Below are positions 16,100 to 24,873 of a DNA stretch of 36,081 nucleotides, piece after piece. Numbering within the stretch: the stretch's first letter is position 1; each line of letters begins with the position of its first letter. The translations under genes and the position numbers were made by a program. A model generated the notes under the pieces. That model worked only from the letters and a program-made list of their open reading frames with translations, made no database searches and was not told the origin of the DNA. The DNA comes from a virus. Where the stretch lies: positions 1-36,081 of the IMG/VR virus record IMGVR_UViG_3300037851_001023, one strand, 5' to 3'.

Positions 16100-16510
16100 A
16101 TGCAGGCCGCCGGCGCGGCGCTCCAGGCGAAACAGGCCCACGACCAGGGCGTGCTGCAGAAGGCGCAGCTGCAGTATCAGAGCGCGGCGGAACAGGCTGC
16201 CCTTGCCGAACGCCAGCGCGGCCGGATGCGCTACCTGCAGCAGATCTTAGGCTCGCAGCGCGCGGGCCTGGCGGCGAGCGGCATCGATCCGTCGTCCGGT
16301 TCGGCGCTGGCGGTGCAGCAGGCGGCGAATGCGGAAATCTCGGCGCAGGCGCGCGCCGATATCGACACCTTCAACCGCGAACAGATCGCCCGCGACGCGG
16401 CCCTGAAAGGCTTGCGCCGGCAGATGTCGCAGCTGCCGATCAACGCCGCACTCAGCTTCGGCGGCTCAGCCGCCGGCAGTTACGCGAACTATCAGGCGCT
16501 GGCCAAATGA
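16100..16510 (+). CDS. Putative internal virion/ejection protein (start may be upstream at 16070)
   Basis: 136 aa from ATG 16100, which has no SD. AGGAGG at 16059-16064 sits 5 nt before an in-frame ATC at 16070, which would add ISALILAALG. Confidence 0.65.
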   Translation: MQAAGAALQAKQAHDQGVLQKAQLQYQSAAEQAALAERQRGRMRYLQQILGSQRAGLAASGIDPSSGSALAVQQAANAEISAQARADIDTFNREQIARDAALKGLRRQMSQLPINAALSFGGSAAGSYANYQALAK

Positions 16511-18168
16511 CCGAGGTTCCGGTCGTCAACCCGACGCTGGACGTTCGCCGCTATCGCCCGCCCGCCGCGGCAGGCCTGGCGACCGGCCTCACCGGCGCGC
16601 TGCTCGATTTCCTTGACGGCATCAACGACGGCCCACTGACGCAGGCGCTCGCCCAGCACCAGGCGGCGGTGATGCGCGATGCGCAGGTCGAAGGCACGGC
16701 GGCGGGGATGACGGCGGCCGCGTCCGGCCAGCCGCCGCCGGTCTCCGGCGACGAGAGCGCCGCGTCCCAGGCGCGCGACAAGGGCGCGATGAGCGGCTGG
16801 CTCAGCCGCATGGCGACGAATACCGACGAGCGCCTGCAGGCGCTGGCGCAGCAGTATCCGGCGAATCCGGAGGCGCTCCGCCAAGCGGTCGAGACGTACC
16901 AGGCCGACCAGGTGAAGCTGGCGCCGGACGCGTGGAAGCCGCTGCTCGCCGAGGATATCGACAAGCGCGCCCTGCCGCATCTGGCTGCCGCCGAGACAGC
17001 GCGGCAGCGCCGCGCCGAGGAGCAAAACCAGGCCAAAGTATTAACCAACCTCAACAACATCAACCAGCGGGCACTGCGCGCGGCGCGCGCGGGTGACGGT
17101 GACGCGCTGGCGGCGGCGCTCGCCGAGCATGGCGCGACGATCGGGGTCGCCATGACCGACGGCTTGATGACGGGAGAGCGGGCCGCGGCGATGCAGGCCG
17201 GCCTGCACCAGGACGTCGTTTTTGAGGAGTACATGGGCCAGCACGACCGGACGATGGCGAAGGGCGGCCCGAGCGCGTCTCTCCGCTTCCAGACGCAGTT
17301 CGAGGCCGCAGCGGCCGCCCGCGGCATGGACCCGGACCGGGTGCGCCAGGCATCGGCGCAGATGACCGCTGAGCGCAACCAGCTGGTGCACCAGCGCCAG
17401 GCGGCGCAGGCGGATGCCGATCGTGCGCGGGCGGAGCAGCAAAACGCGATGATGTCGGATTTCTACCTGAAGGCCAACGCCGGCCAGGCGACGCTCGCCG
17501 ACGTGCAGAAGTTGCGCGCCGCGAACGTGCCGTCGCACCTGATCGCGTCAGGGCTGTCGATGCTGCAGAAGAGCGGCGAGAGCAAGGCTGACGATCGCAT
17601 TTTCGTGACACTGCTGCGCCGCGCTGCGGAAGGCGAAGATGTCGTCGGCGACGCCCATGCCGCCGCCAGCAAGCGCGATATTTCCGGCGCGCAGTTCAGC
17701 CAGATCCTGAACGAAAGCCAGCAAACGGCCGGCGGCGTCCGCTCCGATGCGCTCAAGCTGATTGACGACATCACCGGCTACAGTCTGTTCCGTGCCGATC
17801 CCGCCGCGGACATCCGCCGGGTCAACGCCACGGCCGAATACAACACCTGGTGGCAGGAGACGACAAAAGGCGGCATCGCCGCACCGCCGCGCGCTGTGGC
17901 GCAGCAGGCGGCGGAAGAGATCGCCCGGCGCTGGTCGCGGCCGCTGCCGCAGGTGCTGCCGTCGGCGCCCTACATCGTCACCGGTGCCGGCGGCACGGTC
18001 GATGCCGCGGCCTCGGCGGCGCGCATCGCCGAGCTGCCGCCGGACCAGCGCCAGGCGGGTGCCGAGCTGCTGCGCCAGTATCTCGACCGCGACAAGGCCG
18101 CCGCCGAGCGGGCCATGCAGCTGCGGAACCAGGGCGCGACACCGGCACCGCGGCAGGTGTCTCCATGA
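16507..18168 (+). CDS. Alpha-helical internal virion protein
   Basis: ATGA coupling. 553 aa, helical and Ala/Gln-rich. The first 153 codons of ORF 16048.. are out-of-frame junk. Confidence 0.7.
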   Translation: MTEVPVVNPTLDVRRYRPPAAAGLATGLTGALLDFLDGINDGPLTQALAQHQAAVMRDAQVEGTAAGMTAAASGQPPPVSGDESAASQARDKGAMSGWLSRMATNTDERLQALAQQYPANPEALRQAVETYQADQVKLAPDAWKPLLAEDIDKRALPHLAAAETARQRRAEEQNQAKVLTNLNNINQRALRAARAGDGDALAAALAEHGATIGVAMTDGLMTGERAAAMQAGLHQDVVFEEYMGQHDRTMAKGGPSASLRFQTQFEAAAAARGMDPDRVRQASAQMTAERNQLVHQRQAAQADADRARAEQQNAMMSDFYLKANAGQATLADVQKLRAANVPSHLIASGLSMLQKSGESKADDRIFVTLLRRAAEGEDVVGDAHAAASKRDISGAQFSQILNESQQTAGGVRSDALKLIDDITGYSLFRADPAADIRRVNATAEYNTWWQETTKGGIAAPPRAVAQQAAEEIARRWSRPLPQVLPSAPYIVTGAGGTVDAAASAARIAELPPDQRQAGAELLRQYLDRDKAAAERAMQLRNQGATPAPRQVSP

Positions 18169-18488
18169 TGCCCGCGCAGGACGACGACGACATGAGCGGC
18201 GAATACCTGCGCCGCTGGCAGTTCCGCCGGCAAATGGCGGCCGACGACCTGCTGCGCCAGCACCTGCAGCCGCCGTCGCCGGCCGCGGAACCGCAGCCGC
18301 CGGCCGATCTGCCGGCGCTGCGCACGCTCCGGCAAGAGGCAGAGCAGGTGGCAGCCGCGGCACCGCCGCCACAGCCGCCGCCAATGCCGGTCGAAATCAC
18401 CAGACAGGTCGAGCGCGACGCCGCCGGCAACATTACCCGCATCGTCGAACGACGATCCCATCCGACAGCAGACGAGGTGAAGAGATGA
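18165..18488 (+). CDS. Hypothetical virion-module protein
   Basis: ATGA coupling at both ends. 107 aa. Confidence 0.6.
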   Translation: MMPAQDDDDMSGEYLRRWQFRRQMAADDLLRQHLQPPSPAAEPQPPADLPALRTLRQEAEQVAAAAPPPQPPPMPVEITRQVERDAAGNITRIVERRSHPTADEVKR

Positions 18489-18892
18489 CCGTGCAATTTT
18501 CGACCACTGTGCGCAATGCGCGGCTGGATGCAATTGAAACGGCCGTGGGTACGTCGGCGGTGATCAAGATCCGCACGGGCGCGCAACCGGCGAACTGCGC
18601 GGCGGCGGATAGCGGGACGGTGCTCGCTACCGTGTCGCTGCAATCGGACTGGGCGGCAGCGGCAAGCTCCGGCAGCAAGGCGCTGCAGGGCACCATGCAG
18701 GATGCGTCAGCGGATAACACCGGCACGGCCGCGCATTGGCGGCTGTACGCCAGCGACGGCACGACCTGCCACGCGCAGGGCACAGTGACGGCGACCGGCG
18801 GTGGCGGCGACATGACCGTTGACAACACCTCGTTCGCCTCTGGGCAGGTGTTCACAATCACAAGCTTCACCTTCACCGATGGGAATGCGTGA
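18485..18892 (+). CDS. Hypothetical virion-module protein (beta-rich)
   Basis: MTVQFSTTVRNARLDAIETAVGTSAVIKIRTG... Coupled to its neighbours. Confidence 0.65.
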   Translation: MTVQFSTTVRNARLDAIETAVGTSAVIKIRTGAQPANCAAADSGTVLATVSLQSDWAAAASSGSKALQGTMQDASADNTGTAAHWRLYASDGTTCHAQGTVTATGGGGDMTVDNTSFASGQVFTITSFTFTDGNA

Positions 18893-19220
18893 TGATTGCG
18901 ACGATCGAACAGGTTTTTACCGAAATCTGCTCCCGCAAGCTCGGGCTGCATCCGGAGATGCGGCTGCCGGCCGGTCAGACGTACACCGATCTGCAATCCG
19001 TCTATGACAGCGTGACTGTCTGGCGGGATGCGGCCGGCAACATCGTCGCCGCGCCGTCGTTGACCCGACGATCACGCCTCTGCTGTTCGCGATCCGCGCG
19101 CTTGCTGCGGCGGTTGAGGGTGCGGCAAAGAACCAGAACTGGAACTCCGGCGCGCTCTACGCTGCGCTCAAGCGCCTGAACACCTTCCTCGACAACAACG
19201 GCGTCCCGCCGGTCTCATAG
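18892..19220 (+). CDS. Hypothetical protein with an interrupted reading frame (-1 shift near 19054-19060)
   Basis: Frame A reads MIATIEQVFTEICSRKLGLHPEMRLPAGQTYTDLQSVYDSVTVWRDAAGNIVAAP. Frame A-1 continues VVDPTITPLLFAIRALAAAVEGAAKNQNWNSGALYAALKRLNTFLDNNGVPPVS and stops at 19218-19220, 1 nt before the next ATG. Confidence 0.5.
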
Positions 19221-19221
19221 C

Positions 19222-21495
19222 ATGGCACGCTGGGCGGCAGTTGCGACGGCTGCGGAGGAGACGAGCACCACATCGAATTCGGTGTGGTCCACGCACGTCA
19301 CGCTGACGCAGACGCCGCCTACCGGGTCTAAAGATTATTGGATCTTCTGGTCCTGCGATACGCAGGTTAACAACGCGAGTGCCGACGTTCAGGCGGAACT
19401 TTACGACAGCACGGGCGCTGTCACGCTCGCGGCCACGAACTGGGAGGCACGCGAGGCATCCTCGCCGATCGACTGGCGCTCGTTCGGCGGCTTCGTCAAG
19501 TGGACATCGCCGTCCTCGCCGGTCAGTAACTCGTGGATTCTGCGCGTCAAGTCGGAGACGAGCGGGAATACCTCGAAGCTGCGCAACGGCAAGATCATCA
19601 TCGTCGAGAGCAATGCCGCGGACCAGTACGCGGCGGATGCGACGCGGCGAACGACAGCAAGTTCAACGTGGTCGGATCAGCTTTCCCTGACGTTCTCGCC
19701 AGCGACCACGGGCGACTATCTGCTTATCGGTTACGCCAACACGGACAGCAGCACCACGGCCGACACGGTCGGAGTGCGGCTCCTTGACAGCGACGGCAGC
19801 ACCGCGTGGTTTGATGACGGCACCACGCCAAAGGACGCGGCGAACGTCCTGACGTGGAATGCTCTCGTCTACAAGGCTTCCGTCACCACCGGGTCAAAGA
19901 CGTTCAAGATCCAATATTCGTCGCTGAACAACAGCGCGACGACCGGCATTCAGAAAGCGGCACTGCTGGCGTTACGGTTGGATGCCGGCTTTTCGGAAAC
20001 GAACCAGACGGTTCTCGCCAGCAACAACAGTGGCACAGACACTACCGCGGCGACTGTGCTGACCCTGACGTGGACGGCGACAGCGAACAAGTACTTGGTC
20101 CTCGCCGCCGCGCTGTGTGAAGGAAATAGCAACACGATCTCCGTCGAGTTCTCGTTGCTCGAAGACTCGACAACGCTGGGTGCTCCTTACTGGGAGAGCA
20201 ATGCGGCCAGCTCCGCCGCGTCATGCTTCTTCGCCGACCTGTGGACGCCAAGCGCAGGCAGCCACAGCATCTACCTGAAACGCAAGTCCGAAACGAGCAG
20301 CGTAACAGCGCTCGTCAATGCCAACGCGGCGATCGTTGCGCTACGTACCGAAGATGTGGGGCCGGTTGGGTCTGCCTCGATCACGCTGGAAGCGGCAACG
20401 GTCAGCGCTGCCAGCACTGTGGCGCTTGCGGGCGCGGCTGCGGTCACCTTGGCGGCGGCCACATCGTCTGCTGCGGCGACGGTTGATATTGCCAGCGCTG
20501 CAGCCGTCACGCTCGCGGACGCCACAACCACAGCAACAGGCGCCGTGGCGATCGCTTGCGCTGCGGCAATCACCCTGGCAGACGCGACAGTCTCTGCAGA
20601 GTCTGTTATCGGCGCCGCGCCAATCAGCGGCGAAGCGGCGATTACGCTGGCTGATGCTACAACAAGCGCTGCCGCGACCATTGCTATTGCGGGCGCGTCT
20701 GCTGTCGCGCTTGGCGATGTAACGACGACAGCGGCCGGCGCGCTCGCTATTGCTGGCGTGGCCGCAGTTACCCTAGACGGTGCGACCGTTGCCGCTACTG
20801 CTATGGCGCCGATTGCTGGCGCGGTCGCTGTTCCGCTGGCGGACGCTACCGCGACTGCCGCTGCGACACTGGCGCTTGCCGGAGAATGCGCGGTAACGCT
20901 GGATGACGCAACCGCGACGGCGGCGGGCACCGTCGACATTGCCGCGGCGGCTGCCATCACGCTTGAAGACGCGACGGTTACGGCGGCCGGCGAGTCAAAC
21001 AGCATTTCCGGCGTCGCTGCGGTAACGCTGGATGACGCGACGGCAGAAGCGGCGGCGGCGATCGCCATTGCCGGCGTGGCGTCTGTGGTCCTTGATGACG
21101 CGACGACTTTCGCCGCGGCAATGCGGCAAGTCCTAGTGTCTCCGGAAGAACTTGCCGCGCTGCGCGCGCGGCCGTCCGGCGGCGGTGGCCGGCGGCGCAC
21201 CGACGCGTCAGAACTTGCCCGGCTGCGGCGGTTGCTTGCTGAGGCCGATGCGGCGGCCGCCGATGCCGCCACGCGGCGGGAACACTTAGAGCGTGAGCTG
21301 GCCGCATCGGCGTCACGGCTGACGGCGATGGCGGCTGGCCAGGCGCGCATCGTTGCCGCGCTCGATGCGGCGCTTGCCGAGGCGGCGCTGTTGCGGCGGC
21401 GGCTGAGTGAGGCGGAAACGGATCTTGCGGCGTCGCGGGCGACGGCCAGGCGCTGGCGCGGCGAGGCGGAACTGTTGTGGATGGGGGTTGCCTAG
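19222..21495 (+). CDS. Modular fibre-like protein: three paralogous ~120-aa beta modules, about 12 x 21-aa repeats and a C-terminal coiled coil
   Basis: 757 aa. The N-terminal third has lower G+C. Repeat consensus is AVTL-DAT--AAG---IAG. The C-terminus is heptad-like and Arg/Ala/Glu/Leu-rich. Confidence 0.8.
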   Translation: MARWAAVATAAEETSTTSNSVWSTHVTLTQTPPTGSKDYWIFWSCDTQVNNASADVQAELYDSTGAVTLAATNWEAREASSPIDWRSFGGFVKWTSPSSPVSNSWILRVKSETSGNTSKLRNGKIIIVESNAADQYAADATRRTTASSTWSDQLSLTFSPATTGDYLLIGYANTDSSTTADTVGVRLLDSDGSTAWFDDGTTPKDAANVLTWNALVYKASVTTGSKTFKIQYSSLNNSATTGIQKAALLALRLDAGFSETNQTVLASNNSGTDTTAATVLTLTWTATANKYLVLAAALCEGNSNTISVEFSLLEDSTTLGAPYWESNAASSAASCFFADLWTPSAGSHSIYLKRKSETSSVTALVNANAAIVALRTEDVGPVGSASITLEAATVSAASTVALAGAAAVTLAAATSSAAATVDIASAAAVTLADATTTATGAVAIACAAAITLADATVSAESVIGAAPISGEAAITLADATTSAAATIAIAGASAVALGDVTTTAAGALAIAGVAAVTLDGATVAATAMAPIAGAVAVPLADATATAAATLALAGECAVTLDDATATAAGTVDIAAAAAITLEDATVTAAGESNSISGVAAVTLDDATAEAAAAIAIAGVASVVLDDATTFAAAMRQVLVSPEELAALRARPSGGGGRRRTDASELARLRRLLAEADAAAADAATRREHLERELAASASRLTAMAAGQARIVAALDAALAEAALLRRRLSEAETDLAASRATARRWRGEAELLWMGVA
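20371..21120 (+). repeat. About 12 tandem in-frame 63-bp repeats inside the fibre gene
   Basis: Units read from the translation: SASITLEAATVSAASTVALAG / AAAVTLAAATSSAAATVDIAS / AAAVTLADATTTATGAVAIAC ... VAAVTLDDATAEAAAAIAIAG. Confidence 0.8.
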
Positions 21496-24400
21496 ATGGC
21501 CGAACTGGTCGCGGCACCGGTCGACGACGAAGAGGCCGGCCTGACCCTTGGCGGCGCCGTCGCCACCGGGCTCGACAACCTTCGCGAGGTGCCGCGCGGC
21601 GTCGTCCACGGCATGGTGCAGGGGCTGGCGTCCTCCGCCGAGACGTTGCGCTCGGCGGCGCCGCCGTCGTTCGCCTGGCCCAACGCCTACGACCGCGGCT
21701 ATCAGGCGATCAGCGGCCAGCTCCCGCCCGATCCGGACGCCTTCATCAAGGCGGTTAAGGGCGTCATCGATCCGCCGGAAACGCCGCTCGGCGGTGTCGT
21801 CTCCGGCGTGTCGCAGTTCCTCACCGGCTACAACACCGCCGGCAAGATGTTCGGCACCGCCGCCAGCGGCCTGGCGCGGGGCGCGCAGACGGCCGCGCGC
21901 GGCGCAATGTCCGACGCGGCGTTCTTCGACGCGCAGCAGGAGGATCTCTCCAACCTGATCCAGGCGCAGCCGGCGCTCGCCAATCCGGTCACCGAACTGC
22001 TGGCGATCGATCCGGAGGCGCCTGACTGGCTGAACCGCGGCAAGCGGGCTCTGGAAGGCGTGGCTCTCGGCGGGCTCACCGACGGGCTGCTTTTTGCCAT
22101 CCGCGCGATTTCACGAAATGCGCGCGCCCGCATGGCCGCGCCAGCACAACCGGCGGGAGCGCCCGCCCTGCCGGCGACACCGACGGTGGCGGACGCGCTC
22201 GCGGAAAGCGAGCGCGCAGCGGCTGAGGCGGCGCAGCAGCGCTTCCAGCGGGACTGGCTGATCCTCGGCGATCCGGACGCACCGTTGGTGCGCAAGGTCG
22301 AGACGCCGTCGCCGAAAGCGGCGATCCGCGCCGAGATGCAGGCGGCCGATGCCGCGGCCAAGTTCGGTGAGGACCGTGTCGTGTCCGAGGCGCTGTCGCC
22401 GCCGAAGCCGTTCACGCCGCCGGCGACGGGCCGCACCGAAATCGGCGCCGGCGTTGAGATCAACTTCTCACGCATCGAGTCGCTCGACGACGTGCGCGCG
22501 GCGATGAAGCAGATAGCGGCGTTGCGCGCGCCCGAACTCGCCGCGGCCAAGGGTCCGGTGCAGACGTGGGCGACGACCCGGCTGCACTCCGGCGAGGTCG
22601 ACGCGCTCGACGCCCTGTTCAGCCGCGGCAAACGGCCGCTGTCGGCGGAGGAGACGCACGCGGCGCGCAGCTTCTGGCTGGCGACGTCGGAAAAGCTGAC
22701 CGAGACAGCGGAAGCGGCGACGCGCGACCCGTCGCCCGGCAATCTCGCCGCGTTCCGCAAGATGATGGCGATCAACAACGTCGTGCAGGACGAGATTGCC
22801 GGCGCCGCATCGGCCTCCGGCCGGTCGCTGAACGCCTGGAAGATCGCCGTCCGCGAGACGCAGAGCCAGCAGAGGGCACTGGCGCAGCTCGTCGACGAGA
22901 TGGGCGGCGCCGACTTCAACCAGGCGCTCGCCGCCCGCGTCGCCGCGCTTGGCCGCTCGGGCGAACTGACGGCGCGGGATGCCCTGGTCAAGGGCACGCT
23001 CCGCGCCCGCGCCGGCGAGGCGCTGTGGTCGGTCTACGTCAACGCGCTGCTGTCGGGGCCGCGCACGCACGTCGCCAACACCGTCTCCGGCCCTGTGGTC
23101 GCCGCCTGGAACAATTTCGACACCTTCGTTGCCAGCCGCATCGGCTCGGTCCTCGGCCGCACCGATGACATGGTCGAAAAAGGCGAGGCTGCCGAGGCGC
23201 TGTTCGGCCAGATCGAAGGCGTCAAGGATGCGTTCCGCATCAGCCGCCACTATGACGAGGCGAGCACGGCCTGGCGGTCGATGGCGGGCGCCGCCGATCC
23301 GTTCGGCGGCGGCAAGCTCGACATCAAGGCCCGGCCGCTGTCGGCCGACGCGCTCGGCATCCGGCCGGGCACGTTCCCGGCCGCCGTCGCCGACACGCTC
23401 GGCGCGGTGACCAACATTCCGTCCCGCGCGCTTGAGGTCGAGGACGTCGTCAACAAGACGATGATCTACCGCGGCGCCTTGCAGCGTCTTGCCTTCCGCC
23501 AGGCGATGAGCGAACAGAAGGCCGGCCGGCTCACCGGCGACCTGGCGTTGCGCGAGCGCGTCAACGCGTTGCTGGCCGAACCGCCGGCGGCGCTGCACGA
23601 CCGGGCGCTGTACGAGGCGCAGCAGGCGACCTTCACCAACGATCCGGGCCCGAAACTGCGCGCGCTGCTGGCTCTCCGCGAACAGGTGCCGGTGCTGAAG
23701 GTGCCGCTCACCTTCGTCAAGACGCCGGCGAAGATCTTCCTCTGGGCGACCGAGCACTCGCCGCTGGCGCCGCTGGTGCGCGAGTGGCGGGACGACATCG
23801 CCGCCGGTGGTGCGCGGGGCGACATGGCGCTGGCCAGGCTGGCGACCGGCACGGCGGCGGGGCTGACTGCGGCCGATCTGGCGATGCGCGGCTACATCAC
23901 CGGCCGGGCGCCGATCGATGCCGGCGAGCGCGACCACTTCTACCGGTCGGGCAAACGCGAATACGCGGTGCTGATCGGCGACCGCTACTGGAGTTTCAAC
24001 CGCATCGATCCGCTCGGCACCATCTTAGGCGTCGCCGGCGACCTGGCGCTGCGGGCAGCGTCGCCCGATTTCGATGCCGATGCCGAGGTCAACGTCACCC
24101 GGGCGCACGCCGATCTGATCTCTGCGATTGCCGCCTCGGCACTATCGAAATCATGGATGTCCGGGTTCTCCGGCTTCATGCGCGCCGTCATCATGCAGGA
24201 CAAGGCCGCGGAAACCTATGTCGAGCGCCTGGCCGGATCGGTGGTGCCGACGGTGTTCAACGACATCGCGCGCGCCCAAGATCCCTGGCAGCGCCAGCTG
24301 TCCGGCATGGCGGATGCCGTGCACAACCGGCTGCCGGGCGATCACTCCAGCCTGCCGGTCAAGCGCGATCTCTGGGGGCAGCCGCTCAGCACGTCATCCG

Positions 24401-24873
24401 GATTCGGCTGGGCTTACGACTTCGTCTCGCCGATTGCATCCAGCCGGTTCAATCCGGCGCCGATCGATCAGGTGCTCAAGGGCCTGGATTTCTATCCGTC
24501 GCCGCCGCAGTGGAAACAGACGTTCCAGATGGAGGATCCGGTGCTCGGCGCCGTCGAAGGGCAGGTCGACCTCCGCCGTCATCCCGCGGCCTACTGGCGC
24601 ATGGTTGAACTGGCCGGCAACGCCCTTCCGCTTGCGCACCTGGACGGTCTCGGTGCCAGGGATGTGCTTAACCAGATGGCGGAGGGCCGCGGCCCGCTGG
24701 CGGGCGCCTGGCTGGCGCAGCCGGGCGACGAGGGCCGCCGCCAGCTGATCGCCCAGGTGCTGCAGGACTATCGCGACGCGGCCCGGCAGCAGGTGCTGGC
24801 GGAGAACCCGCAGCTGATCCCGGACATCTTCCGCGATTTTGACACCCGTCGCCTTGAAAGGGGCCAGCCATGA
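21496..24873 (+). CDS. Giant internal virion/ejection protein (gp16-like role)
   Basis: 1125 aa. Starts directly after the fibre stop. Position and size fit podovirus core proteins. No lysozyme motif recognised. Confidence 0.7.
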   Translation: MAELVAAPVDDEEAGLTLGGAVATGLDNLREVPRGVVHGMVQGLASSAETLRSAAPPSFAWPNAYDRGYQAISGQLPPDPDAFIKAVKGVIDPPETPLGGVVSGVSQFLTGYNTAGKMFGTAASGLARGAQTAARGAMSDAAFFDAQQEDLSNLIQAQPALANPVTELLAIDPEAPDWLNRGKRALEGVALGGLTDGLLFAIRAISRNARARMAAPAQPAGAPALPATPTVADALAESERAAAEAAQQRFQRDWLILGDPDAPLVRKVETPSPKAAIRAEMQAADAAAKFGEDRVVSEALSPPKPFTPPATGRTEIGAGVEINFSRIESLDDVRAAMKQIAALRAPELAAAKGPVQTWATTRLHSGEVDALDALFSRGKRPLSAEETHAARSFWLATSEKLTETAEAATRDPSPGNLAAFRKMMAINNVVQDEIAGAASASGRSLNAWKIAVRETQSQQRALAQLVDEMGGADFNQALAARVAALGRSGELTARDALVKGTLRARAGEALWSVYVNALLSGPRTHVANTVSGPVVAAWNNFDTFVASRIGSVLGRTDDMVEKGEAAEALFGQIEGVKDAFRISRHYDEASTAWRSMAGAADPFGGGKLDIKARPLSADALGIRPGTFPAAVADTLGAVTNIPSRALEVEDVVNKTMIYRGALQRLAFRQAMSEQKAGRLTGDLALRERVNALLAEPPAALHDRALYEAQQATFTNDPGPKLRALLALREQVPVLKVPLTFVKTPAKIFLWATEHSPLAPLVREWRDDIAAGGARGDMALARLATGTAAGLTAADLAMRGYITGRAPIDAGERDHFYRSGKREYAVLIGDRYWSFNRIDPLGTILGVAGDLALRAASPDFDADAEVNVTRAHADLISAIAASALSKSWMSGFSGFMRAVIMQDKAAETYVERLAGSVVPTVFNDIARAQDPWQRQLSGMADAVHNRLPGDHSSLPVKRDLWGQPLSTSSGFGWAYDFVSPIASSRFNPAPIDQVLKGLDFYPSPPQWKQTFQMEDPVLGAVEGQVDLRRHPAAYWRMVELAGNALPLAHLDGLGARDVLNQMAEGRGPLAGAWLAQPGDEGRRQLIAQVLQDYRDAARQQVLAENPQLIPDIFRDFDTRRLERGQP

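Noticed and set aside
20371-21120. Could the repeat region be a diversity-generating retroelement target (VR/TR)?
   Set aside because: No reverse transcriptase gene anywhere in the circle. No separate template-repeat copy with adenine-specific differences. The repeats are in-frame tandem units of one structural protein.
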